A stretch of 64,000 nucleotides of DNA from Mytilus edulis (Eukaryota), in contig NC_092348.1 of NCBI RefSeq assembly GCF_963676685.1, positions 7,688,001-7,752,000 on the forward strand, written 5' to 3'. The notes beneath the pieces are model-generated. The model was not told the DNA's origin. It was given only the letters and a program-made list of their open reading frames with translations, and ran no database searches. Position 1 is the stretch's first letter. Every line of letters starts with the position of its first letter. The translations under genes and the position numbers were made by a program. Positions 11,901-23,984 of the stretch are shown piece by piece.

Positions 11901-14170
11901 TGGCAGATGTTTTTTTTTTGTTTGCTTGATACTTTTCTCCAATACTACTTAGAGAATCACTTCATATGGTGAGCAGCTTGACAATTATGTGTTTTATAGT
12001 GTCTGTAATACACCTACTTCATGTTTTGGTACGGTTAGCACAACAAGTGATTCATTCTAATATTGCAAAGTAATACCTAGATGGTTTCTTGTTTTGAAAA
12101 AGAGGAGAAATCAAATAAGTTTCATGGTATACAATAAAAATATAGTGTATCACAAAGGTTGCATTGAACTGGATCTAAACGCAAAGATCATACAAATCAG
12201 TAATAGATTGAGATATAATTGATCTACTAAACCAAATTTTTGCTTTTAAAACTGTATTTGACTAGGTATAACAAGAAAATGGAAAGTTTCTAATCTGAAA
12301 GGAAAATCAAAAGCTCAAACATATTAAACGAAAGGATAACAACTGTCATATTCCTCACTTAGTGCCGGTACATATATTATCTTATTTAAATTGAACTGGG
12401 TTTTATAGCTAACTTGTAGGACAGTTGAATGAAATCGATTATATTGACATCAATGTGTGAACAAACCAAACAGACAATAAATAAAAATGTCGAAATAGGG
12501 ATACAGCTGTGAACATTGTGTTATAATGTAACCACTATAAAACAAACAAATATGGCAACATAGAAAAAACCAAAAGGCGTATAGACAAAGCAATGTATAC
12601 ATGTAAGTACCGAGCAACAGTAAAAGTAATAATTTACAAAAACAAACTCAAGAACACTATAGCACGATATTAATATGAGAATCAACGTCGCTACCTAGAA
12701 TCTCCATTTCAAGACCATCGTGTATTGTTTGTGAAGATGATACAAAATATCAATCAGCAAGGTCTTCATATCTTCAGATGAAAAAAAAACCTCGAAAAGT
12801 TGTTTGACATAAATGTGGTTTATCTACTTTCTATTCAGACACTGATGATGTTTTACGCAGTCTGAGTAGCTCTTGAATACCGAATGGTTTGGTTAAAAAG
12901 TAAAATTACAAAAATACCAAACATCGAGCATTTTGTTGAGGGAATTTCAAAACAGAAAGTCCCACAAATCTGTAATAGATTGAGATATCATTGATATACC
13001 AAACCAAATGTTTCTTTTAAAACTGCATTTCACAAGGTATAACAAGAAAATGGAAAGTCTCTAATCAAGTGGCAAAATTAAAAAGTTCAAACACAACAAA
13101 TGAATGGACAACAACTTTCACATTCCTAACTTGGTACAACCATTTTCGTATGTAGAAAATGGTGAATTCAATCTGGTAATTTATATTGCATATGCAGGTT
13201 AATTTGGTATATTGCTCGGTGGGAGAAATTGATAATTTAAAAATCAAAATCGTCTCGTTTGTCATAGATTCTACTACTGAGATGACCACTTATGTCAAAT
13301 TCGAGATATAAGTCTAAATATCAGGCAGATGTTTCTTTAAAAACTAGTTCGTTCTTGAGGATTTATTAATGGAATCCAATCAGAAAAGACTCATTTGAAA
13401 ATAAGAAGAGGTCGGCACTTTACTGTGACTTGACTATAGGTGTTGCCTTAACCATCACCTATTGTTCAATCAGAATGTAAAATTGACAATATAATTGGGA
13501 CATTTAAATTGTCCGGTTGGTATTCTTAGAATTGAATCTACCTTAATGCTACTTGTACAGTTTACACTCACTTAACCTAAAATTGCAGCATCCTTTTTTC
13601 CTGAAGTTCTTCCATATAGGGTTCCTCTATTTTAAGATTGAACTTGAAGAAAATATTAATGGTTTTCATCGTTTTAAATTTCCAATATACTGATTGTTCT
13701 AACTTTAGATTTAAATCAGTACAAGACTTTCATAACTGCATGTAAAATATGTATGAAAATCAAAACTGTTTTTACATAATAAATGAATGTATAAATTTTT
13801 AACCCTTAAACATAGTATTTAACAATTCTCAATGAAAGAATAAATATCTATTCAGGTAATTTAGTTTCACTTTCCAGATGGATATGTTCTGCATTGCTTG
13901 AATCAATATGCATAAAATATTGAATTTATGAATTTTATATTTCGTTTAAATTCACTACCTAGATGCTATCTAATTTTGCCTCCTAAACATGACTGGATTT
14001 CCTAACATTTATGAAGGAGGACATAATTTATCAATAATATTTCGTGTAACTTTCATATGATTATGTACATGTAAAATCAAAATTATTTTGGAGTTCTTGT
14101 ATATATTGCAGTGTTTTTCTTTCAAATCTATTAGAATAGGTGTGCATTAAAATACTGCGTGCACTCGTAA

Positions 14171-14526
14171 ATAGTTATCAAAGGTACCAGGATTATAATT
14201 AAGTACGGCAGACGTGCGTTTCGTCTACATAAGACTCACCAGTGACGCTCATATCAAAATATTTATAAAGCCAAACAATTACAAAGTTGAAGAGCATTGA
14301 GGATCCAAAAATCCAAAAAGTTGTGCCAAATACGGCTAAGGAAATCTATGCCTGGAATAAGAAAATCCTTAGTTTTTCGAAAAATTAAAACTTTTGTTAA
14401 CAGGAAATTTATAAAAATGACCACATTATTGATATTCATGTCAACACCGAAGTGTTGACTACTGGGCTGGTGATACCCTCGGGGACGAAACGTCCACCAG
14501 CAGTGGCATCGACCCAGTGGTGTAAA
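14171..14526 (-). mobile_element. Hammerhead-ribozyme repeat (non-LTR retrozyme), family A monomer, core mutated
   Basis: Minus strand 14205-14248 reads GCGTCA CTGGTGA GTCT TATGT AGAC GAAA C GCAC GTC TGCCGT (CUGAUGA changed to CUGGUGA). The whole ~355 bp is homologous to 30177-30546. Confidence 0.88.
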
Positions 14527-15779
14527 ACATTTTATAGGATGGATTTGGATTGAGTTTTCCAAAAGGGAAACACAATTCAAAACTGGAATACATGTAAGGG
14601 AAATGATACAATCCCAAATGTTTCTTTGGCTTAAAATGTGGTTTTGAAAATTATCATCATAAAATTATGAATCTGACATGAAAATGATTGATTAGGATAT
14701 ATATCATGGAAATGAAGAAAAAAAATGTTAATAAAGTGGAGATAGTCAAATCTAGTGATAAATTTAATAATAAACATAAAATACTCCAAATATTCATAAT
14801 GCGATGATACACTCTTGAATGTGATATTGAAATTATCATTTTAAACTTCTGTATTGCAAACTTTCATAAAACTACATCGGTGATCGTCACATCACCAATT
14901 AACGATGGCTACTCTTCAAACACTTCATTTCTTATTTTTTCCTATCTCTTTGTCTGTCAAATGCTTAACGAACTCCTTTTCTAATTATTAATATCTATTT
15001 TATCAGCAATCAAAGTTTAGCTTCAAAGTTACTGCCAAACTATGCTATAGTTTTAGTGGCAATGTGAACATTACAGGTTAGTTCGCCACTTACATAATTG
15101 TTATGCATTGTCCAAATATAAAATGGTGTCAGATTTAGTATCTAACTTTCTGTATTAACAGTTGACTGTAATCTTCACATTATTACACGCTGCTCATATG
15201 CACCTGTGATCTTATCATGACTATTGTGCATTGTATAACCGCTATATAAGGTAATATTTGTATCATACTTCTAAATTATCATTGATCTGTTGTTGACCTT
15301 CCTACAAGAATTTGTAGGCACTAACATTGTGATTGAGTATGATTCTACTGTTATCAGACAGTTACTTAGTATTTATTTCACTATAATATCTAAGGGGGAA
15401 TATGAACAACTGAAGTTACATATGATTTATCTTTATGTAGGTCATGGTGCATATACTGTACCTTCGTTGTGAGTGAATAAGTGGATTTCATTTTAAATAT
15501 CATACATATTGTTTGAGTAAGGGACAGATAATGCTTTGAATACTGCTACTCTAATACAAACAGCACAATTATCATATGAAACTTGCACCATTAAATTAAT
15601 TGATTTATGATAGACATTCGCTTGGTTGAGTTGATGTTGTGTTTTGACAACCCAGTCGGTTTTCCATAAGGTAACCACCACTCTTTTCTATAATATTGCG
15701 CCTTTTTTTGTATAAGACAGACGTTATGAAAAGAGACTGTGATGCTAGCTGAGATCATTTCAGTTTTCCCATTGTAAAC

Positions 15780-16090
15780 TTTCCATCTCACAACATGCAG
15801 CAACATCTTTGCTGTACGTTGAAAGAGTTTAAATCTCTAAATTGGTACGATATACCAGTGCTAGTGTTTACTGTGATGATTTCAAATAATCTCCTATTGA
15901 GACATTTCCTTGATAGAAGATTGCTGCTCACAGGAAAGCTATGGAACCAAGTGTTAAATTCAAATAGTAACCTCTTAAATGTCATGAGCGTCATTGTAAA
16001 TGATATGGAATAACTGTGTCACTGATAACGAGGCATATGTTATATTTGTCGTAACAACTATTCCGCCTTTTTTTTCTCGTTTGTAACATC
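15780..16090 (+). mobile_element. Decayed fragment of the Penelope-like element 3' coding end
   Basis: GACATTTCCTTGATAGAAGATTGCTGCTCACAGGAAAGCTATGGAACCAAG and TATGGAATAACTGTGTCAC align with 36160-36340. Confidence 0.7.
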
Positions 16091-16577
16091 GCCGAAAGCA
16101 AATAATATCCGTATTTTTACCCACAGCAATATCAAATGAATTTATTTCTACAAGAAAGCTGAAGTATTTACATTCGGTGTATGTACACAGTTAGTAAAGA
16201 TAAACATGACGACGAAAACACCGGAAAAAAGTATTAACAAAAATACCAAACTGCAAGGTAATTAAACAAAGGGGATTTCCGCTAAACCTGACCAAATCAA
16301 ATGCGCGACAATATCAACAAACGGAACGAATGGAAAACAACAATGTCGAAATGATTCTACATTATGTAATTCCATTACGTAACATATTGTTTAAAAGTAA
16401 CTAGAAAGAGAATTTCATATTGTTAAATTCTTTATTTATTGACATAACCTTGATGATATATGTAATCAGAATAGGATACTGTTGACTTCCTATCAACTGT
16501 ATAATGTCAACAAAAGTCTTATATACAAAGGTATTGAAAAGTAAAGATGTACTAGTCATTTGACAACTTTCAGAAAC

Positions 16578-19207
16578 ATGGAGATGTATGTGGTCTTAGC
16601 TGTTCTTGGTATATATTTCGGTGGAGTACTTTCAAAAGGTAAATTGTATTATCTAAACACTTATCAAAGTATTTAAAAAGATTAAATACGTCAATAGCTT
16701 CTTTTAACTTCAAGTTTCGCTTTACGTTTATATGATTTATATGATAGAATGTCTTTTTATGTTAGTTTTGGATGAACACTAAGATTTGACAAAATCTAGC
16801 AAACGTGCATTTAAAAAAAAAATTCAAATGTCTACAGTTTAAATAAATAAATATTTTTTTTATGGAACCACAAAGTTCTTACATTAAGCTGCATTTTTAG
16901 TAAGAATGGATTTTCAATTTCCCTTGAATAAAATAAATTTCAAGGAAATAATCCTGCCGCTTTTCAAAAATAAGGTACCACATCCAAATCCAAACGAAAG
17001 GGATTTTAAAACATTATGTGCACATTATTCGTCTTTGGTTTTTGTTGAATGTGTACTCTCTAAAAAAAAAGTTCTTTAACACACATTTTCCAGATATCAA
17101 TGTAAGGATAGAACCCGAGATTGTTTACCTAGACACAGACGACTTGATGATAACATGCGAGTACAATTCACAGTCTGTCAAAACTCCTAGATGGATAACC
17201 ATCACCAGGAACGGTTGGTATGGAAAACATGACATGGTTACCATGACTGATGGGAATCCACCTAGTATTGGTTACTTCTTCAGTGGTAGTGAATTTACTA
17301 ACAGAATGGAAGTAACCGGTAGTATTAAAGAGAAATTTGTAAAAGTATCGATGAAAACCGTGGAATGTTTGGATGAGGCCCATTACGAGTGTACAGCTGG
17401 TGGATTTAATGAGCAGCAGGGGCTGGAAAGGTTTACAGATTCATATTCCTTAGTTGTGAATTGTAAGTGTATTGATATACTTATAATACCATGTTTTATG
17501 TTATTTATTTGTTTAAACTATTATTCTTACAAGTTTGCCTGGTAAGGAGTATCTTTAATCGACCTTAATATGCTTTTTGGTGTGGTTAGTAATAATACTG
17601 CCCGTGCACACACTACATTTCTTCATTCTCTAATCAAAGGAGTAATTTCAAAGTCCTTTAGAAAAAAACTGGATACAATTTCAACTACTTTAATAATTAT
17701 AAAGCGTTGCACAGGTATACATGGTAAACGAATGCTCTGCATGATACATATTCGCGAAAAACAATTTGTACGAGTTATGTTATGACCGATGTCGATATTC
17801 AAGCTTTTCATATATTGGGAATGAATTGACCTTTTAAAAGTTTTGATCTTTTATAGCACATGCACAGAGACCGATTGTGAAAATGAATAACTTGATTGTT
17901 CCTCCAAAGATGGCAATTGGTGTGGTAGATGGTGATGAAGTGAAAGTGGAATGTGATGCTCTGGTTGGCAAACCGCCAAAACCTATGTTCTGGTACCGGT
18001 ATGACAACAATAATGGTTCCTATGTTATTGAAAGAAATATGATAACCAAAAGTTAGTATTATCGATTAAACACAAGATAAATTTTATATGCTCAGAACCA
18101 TACCTTCTTCTTTGAAGTTAGTCAGCAATATTTAAAAATGTTCCCTTTCCCTTTACACAGCCATATTTCGTATTGGATGATGTTGCCTGAAAACCTGTTC
18201 CAATGCCTTCTTTCCTCTGAAGCTCAATAGGTTAGGTGGTGACAAAGTTTTTGAAATAGCTTCGTCAGATTATCAGATTTAGATGAAATGTATTTCCAAT
18301 GGGTTTCTAGTTGACATAATTAAATACTAACTCATTAGCGTCAAGTTGTACAATCTTGGACGCAAATATTGCAGAAGTTGGTTCAATAAAAGGATTGGTG
18401 ATTGTGTCGCCGTGTTGTATGAAAATACTGATATAATGTTCATCATTTGAAATTATTGCATTTTTAGTCAGAGGTTCTCTAAACCTACAGATCAACAATC
18501 AAAGGAAAATTTTCATTTATAATGAAAAATCATTGAAAAATAAGTAAATTATGAATTTTAAATCTTTGATAAATATAGATACAAGAGCGGCAAAAGATAC
18601 CAGAGGGACTGTCCAACTCATAAATCGAAAATAACCTAAAAACCCATTGCTAAAACATAGAAAGACAAATAGACACATAATAGTACAAAAGACACAACAT
18701 AGAAAACTCAAGACTAAGCAACACGAACCCCACCAAAACTGGGGGTGATTGCAGGTGCTCCGGAAGGGTAAGCATATCTTGCTGCACATGGGGCACCCGG
18801 CGTGTTGCGCATGTTATTAAAAACCCGGTAAATAGTCTAATTCGGTTGTTCACATTCGTTGTGAAGAGGGGAAGGATTGTAGTTACGACATAAGGCAGAT
18901 ATTCAACATAATTTGATCTTTTGAAACTCCATATCAATAGTGATCAACGTTCTGTTTTCTCGACAAAGCGAAACTTCTTTATTCTTATTGTTTTTTTTGT
19001 GTGCAATATAATGTTTCAATTAAACAAAAGAATGTTCTATTTACAGTTGAACGCAGATTGTTGGAGCGAGACCTTTGCAGATGGTATACAAAGTTTTCTA
19101 TAAGATTTGTCGCCTCCTTAAGTACACCGGAAGTAAGACTTAGATGTGCCGTAGGTAATGAAGAGGAGGACGTCATTATTAAAGTCACACCGGCCATGGG
19201 TCAATAG
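16578..19207 (+). CDS. Secreted two-immunoglobulin-domain protein, paralog 1 (261 aa)
   Basis: Exons 16578-16638 (signal peptide MEMYVVLAVLGIYFGGVLSK), 17094-17462 (V-type Ig: ITCEY...RWITI...DEAHYECT), 17857-18051 and 19047-19207 (second Ig: VECDALVGKPP.PMFWY...LRCAVGNE). All introns are phase 1 GT-AG; 786 nt in frame. No TM segment. Confidence 0.9.
18575..18910 (-). mobile_element. 3' terminal fragment of the Penelope-like element
   Basis: The reverse complement matches 36315-36630 (CTTACCCTTCCGGAGCACCTG...ATCACCCC...GGTGGGGTTCGTGTTG). Further fragments occur at ~23365-23460, 31400-31560, 40864-41032 and 41970-42155. Confidence 0.85.
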
Positions 19208-19837
19208 AACATTTTAAACATTGTTACATGCATGATCACACACGTTTTCAAGTGAAAATATTTGTGTATCAAGATTGGATTTTCTTTGCTGTTTTGAATT
19301 CAGTATTTTGCAATATCTTTATTTAAAATTCAACAACTGATGCATATGTACTACTCAGTTGTGCACATTAGTACTCGCATGCATTTTTTTGTAGAACACA
19401 AATTAAAATTGATTTTTAAAAACCAAATGATATGCCAGATCTGTTTATATTCAATATTTTTCAAACTTGTAAATATGCATTAGAAAATGTTTCAAATATT
19501 GCCTGTTATTATTATATGTCTGTACAATTATATGCAATACATATAGACACAAAGTAATAAGATTTAAGTGAGAAGGTAAATCCAGAAAAGCTCTTCTGAC
19601 GTATAGAACTTATAACGTCAATGGTCATATACCTCTGCTGGTGGACTATTAGTCCCTGAGGTTATCCTCATTTAGTAGTCGTTCTTCGGAATAGGCATGA
19701 TTTATAACATTCCAAATAAAATTGTCCGTTTAAAATTTTGAAATTAATTAGAAACTAAGGTTTCAACTCCCGAGAGCAAAGTTGAGCTTAGATGGATTTG
19801 GCTATTTTTATGTACTTTTTTTTTATCGTATTGTCTT

Positions 19838-20848
19838 AAAAAAATTGCAATCAACACGTATAATAATTCTATGCGTCCGACACGCTTTTCTGGATTAACC
19901 TTCATCAGGAATGCTCAGAGCCAAACATTTGAAATTCGAAGATGTATAAGTACCGAAACCGTTGAAGCGCTATAAGTCCAAAATACCTAAAATAAATAGC
20001 TAAATTCATCTAAAGCCAACTTTGCCTGAGGGAGTTGAAATCTTAGTTTCTTAATAATTTCAAAATTTATAAACGAACAATTTTAGTAAAGTTTGTTAAA
20101 TCATGTCAGTACCGAAGTACTGACTACTGAGCAGATGATACCACCGGGGACTGATAGTCCACCAGCAGAGGTATCGACCCAGTGATGTAAAAAATTGAAA
20201 TCAACATGTATAATAATTCTATGCGTCCGAAACGCTTTTCTGGATTAACCTTCATCAGGAACGCTCAAAACCAAACATTTTAAATCCGAAGATGTATAAA
20301 TATCGAAACCGTTGTAGAGCTTTAAGTCGAAAATACCTTAAATTAAAGAGCCAAATTCATATAAAGCCAACTTTGCCTGAAGGAGTTGAAACCATAGTTT
20401 CTTAATAATTACAAAATCTATAAACGGACAATTTTAGTAAAGTTTGTTAAATCATGTCAGTACCGAAGTACTGAATACTGAGCTGATGATACCCTCGGGG
20501 ACTGATAGTACACCAGAAGAGGTATCGACCCAGTGATGTTAAAAAAAGGAAATCAACACGTATAATAATTCTATGCGTCCGAAGCGCTTTTCTGGATTTA
20601 CCTTCATCAGGAACGCTCAAAGCCAAACATTTGAAATCCGAAGATGTATAAGAACCGAAACACTTGAAGAGCTATAAGTCAAAAATACCTAAAATAAATA
20701 GCCAAATTCATCTAAAGCCAATTTTGCCTGAGGGAGTTGAAACCATAGTTTTTAATAATTTCAAAATTTATAATCGGACAATTTTTGTAAAGTTTGTTAT
20801 ATCATGTCAGTACCGAAGTACTGACTACGTAGCTGATGATACCCTCGG
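19838..20848 (-). mobile_element. Tandem array (~2.9 x ~351 bp) of hammerhead-ribozyme repeat family B (retrozyme multimer)
   Basis: TCAACAYGTA recurs at 19851, 20201 and 20553. Each unit carries, on the minus strand, GCRTTC CTGATGA AGG TWAAT CCA GAAA AGCGYKTC GGACGC. Confidence 0.9.
20575..20616 (-). ncRNA. Type I hammerhead ribozyme motif, family B (atypical stem II)
   Basis: GCGUUC-CUGAUGA-AGGUAAAUCCA-GAAA-AGCGCUUC^GGACGC. Stem I is GCGUUC/GGACGC, stem III is the palindrome AAGCGCUU, and the predicted cleavage follows UUC. Confidence 0.75.
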
Positions 20849-21039
20849 TACTTCAACTGTTTCGATTTTTATATATCCCTGGCTTTCATTTTTTCGTCAT
20901 TTTTCAGTTTCAAATAGGACGTCACTTGGCGTAGAGGTTTAAACGTATTCGGATGTGTCTACTTTTGTGTTTCAAATGTCTGGTTATGTAAATGTATTTC
21001 AGTTGTTTCCTGTAATTAGTTAATACTTCAGCTTTATCA

Positions 21040-21822
21040 TGTACATCTTTTGAATATTCATTTTATTAAATTTACTGTTTGCAAAAGTATAAATTACTCT
21101 AAATTATAGGGATTTTCTGGTAACTTAACAGAAAACCCTTGCCGTTTTTGGCACAACCTTTTTGATCTTTTGGTCCTCGATGCTGTTCAACTTTGTACTC
21201 GTTTCGGCTTTCAAACTTTTGTATCTGTGCGTCACACATAGGTCTTGTGTGGACAAAATACACTTCTGGCGTATTAAAATTTTGAACTTGTTGCCTTTTG
21301 TTGGCTGTTGTGCGTGTGATTCTATGTCAATTGTGTTCTCCAATTTATTTATATTGTAGTCCTGTGTTGTCATTTTGATGTTATATTTCACATGGCCATA
21401 AAAGTGCGAGGTTTGTCATGCCACAAAACCAGGTTCAACCCACCATTTTTTCCTTTAAAAATGCCCTGTACCAAGTCAGGAATATGGTCATTGTTATATT
21501 ATAGTTCGTTTCTGTGTGTATTACATTATAACGTTGTGTCGTTTGTTTTCTCTTATTTTTGAGTGTAAATTCACATTGCGATAAGACGTGTCACGGTACT
21601 TGTCTATCCCAAATTCATGTATTTGGTTTTGATGTTATATATATATGTTATATTTGTTATTCTCGTGGGATTTTGTCTATATGTGTTACATTTTAGTGTT
21701 ATGTCGTTGTTCTCCTCTTATATTTAATGCGTTTCCCTCGGTTTTAGTTTGTTATCCCGATTTTGTTTTTTGTCCATGGATTTATGAGTTTTGAACAGCG
21801 GTATACTACTGTTGCCTTTATT
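21040..21822 (+). mobile_element. Dispersed repeat: family-A-like degenerate hammerhead head joined to a ~550-bp tail ending TACTACTGTTGCCTTTATTT
   Basis: 21125-21290 aligns to retrozyme A. 21350-21822 is highly similar to 51115-51595. Tail fragments also occur at ~4625-4790, 22545-22760, 25578-25727, 26950-27140, 37140-37275 and 40383-40600. Confidence 0.75.
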
Positions 21823-23009
21823 TTTCAAATGTTTGGCATTTAGCGTTCCTGATGAATAGCGGTAATTCAAGAAAAGCGCGTCAAAAGTATTTATAACGTG
21901 TTGTTTTCATTGCTTTTAACCAAGAATACGTTAAATAAAAGCAAAAAACTAAAAAAAAAAAAGAGTTTCTGATGAGTACTGAATCTTAACTATAACTTAC
22001 CTCGTCGTAGAGTGACATTTTTTCATCAATCCCCATCGTTAACGACTTTAATGTCCCAACCTTACAAATTGTGTATGTCATTTGAAAGCTTATTTATTAT
22101 CCATACTTTCAGATTTGTTCGGTCGTAAAATATTCGTACAGTGAGACTTTTTGTGTTTCTTGGTACATATGACGTGGCCCTGTACTTTTAATGATCCCGC
22201 CATTATGTTATTGTTCTATTATAATATTGAAAATACTTTGAACGACAAAAAAAAAATTCTTCCTGTGTGACGTGTTCATTTTCTGACATCAAATACGCAA
22301 CTACACTTAGAGTTGATGTAAATGCAGACACAGGACTTCAACTATTTCAATTCTTTATGGGTAGATTTTAAAAACATATATTAGTACACAATGAATGTGG
22401 TTGTAAAATTTGATAGATACTTTTTGTGCTTCTTTGTTAAATATTTGTTTGTTTTGATATTGTGACACAGTGAAGACTGCTGTACCCATATTTTTTACCA
22501 TTTTGCCTGTTATGTTTGTTTTGTTCACGCATCGTTGTAAATATAATGGAAATTGATTCGACTGTCATACAAATGAGAGGTTTAGCGCTATAAAACCAGG
22601 TTCAATCCACCATTTTCTACATTTGAAAATGCATGTACCAAGTCAGGAAAATGACAGTTGTTGTCCATTCGTTTGATGTGTTTTATCTTTTGATTTTGCC
22701 ATTTATTCGGGACTTTTCGTTTTGCATTTTCCTCGGACTTTGTGATTTTACTTTTTCCATTCAATTTTAGTCAAAGGACTTTCAGAAGTATTGATCAAAA
22801 TGCCTTTTCCAGGCTCTTGTTTGTTTATCGTTTTATGAAATGGTATGTATTTTATAAAACGAAATACAATAATTCCTTATCAAAAATAAATTGCATAGTA
22901 TTTACAGAAATGGCAAATTTTGCCCTATTTGGCACAACTTTTTGAAATTTAGGATAATCAATGCTCTTCAACTTTGAACTTGTTTGGCTTTTTAACTATT
23001 TTTATCTGA

Positions 23010-23053
23010 GCTTCACTGATGAGTCTTATATAGACGAAACGCGCGTCTGGCGT
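23010..23053 (+). ncRNA. Type I hammerhead ribozyme motif, family A, intact core
   Basis: GCUUCA-CUGAUGA-GUCU-UAUAU-AGAC-GAAA-C-GCGC-G-UC^UGGCGU. Canonical core, palindromic stem III loop, GUC cleavage triplet. It lies within a partial retrozyme (~22920-23060). Confidence 0.85.
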
Positions 23054-23717
23054 ATTAAATCATCGCTAAACTTGACTGCATTTCAGTGTATACGGTTTCA
23101 ACACGGAGCCTTGGCTCACACCGAACAACATGCTATAAAGGGCCCCAAATATACTAAACGGTAAACCAGCGGTCTAATCTATATAAAAACGAGAAACGAG
23201 AAACACGTATAAATTACAGAAACAAACGACACCTACTGTACATCAGATTCCTGACTTAGGACAGTTGCAAAACTATTTTTATCAGAGCGTCACTGGTGAG
23301 TCTTATGTAGAATAAAAGCGCGTCTGTTGAATTAAATTATAAGCATGGTACCTTTGTACTTAATTAAACCCCACCAAAAACTAGGGGTGATCTCATGTGC
23401 TCCGGAAGGGTAAACAAATTCTGCTCCACATGTGGCACCCGTCGTGTTGCTCATGTTATAACATTCGCTAAAAATCATAAAATTAGTCGTAAAGCAAAGG
23501 CTTTGATGAGAGAGTCAATGTTCATGTACATAGATTAAAACACATTTTTTTTTGTTTATGGCTCAAGGAACGTGAGTTCAATATATTGTATCGGAAACAT
23601 CCTCTTATTGAAGCTGTCACAGTTGCCGAAAAAACAAACCCATCTAAAAATACTGTAAAATATGGACCATTTTGCTGTCCTATGTTTTAATCACGCACCA
23701 ATTGTTGTCAACATCAG

Positions 23718-23984
23718 GATTGATTGATTGTTGGTGTTTTAATGCAACTTTTAAGCGGCACTCTTGTGCTTTTTTGTAGCGGTCAGTTCTAATGGATGGA
23801 GGAAACCGGAGTGCTCGGAGAAAAACACCGACCTTTGATAAGAAAACTGAAATCCCTCGTCAATTAAGATAAGATTGGAGTCTAGTGCACCCACACGAGC
23901 GGGGTTCAAACTCCCAACTTCAGTGTTGACTGGCTAGTGATTACAGTAGTAGAACTACTAAGACCACTTGGCCACCGAGGCCCC
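23718..23984 (-). mobile_element. tRNA-derived SINE
   Basis: The minus strand begins GGGGCCTCGGTGGCCAAGTGG (A box) and has a B-box-like GAGTTTGAACCCC. It carries a central GGTGTTTTTCTCCGAGCACTCCGGTTTCCTCC motif typical of V/Meta-domain SINEs and an (AATC)n tail. Confidence 0.8.

Noticed and set aside
14466-14500. Second hammerhead on the opposite strand (CTGGTGA...GACGAAACGTC)
   Set aside because: Stem I and stem II do not form properly, and family B lacks GAAA here. It is better explained as the reverse complement of the conserved structured module.
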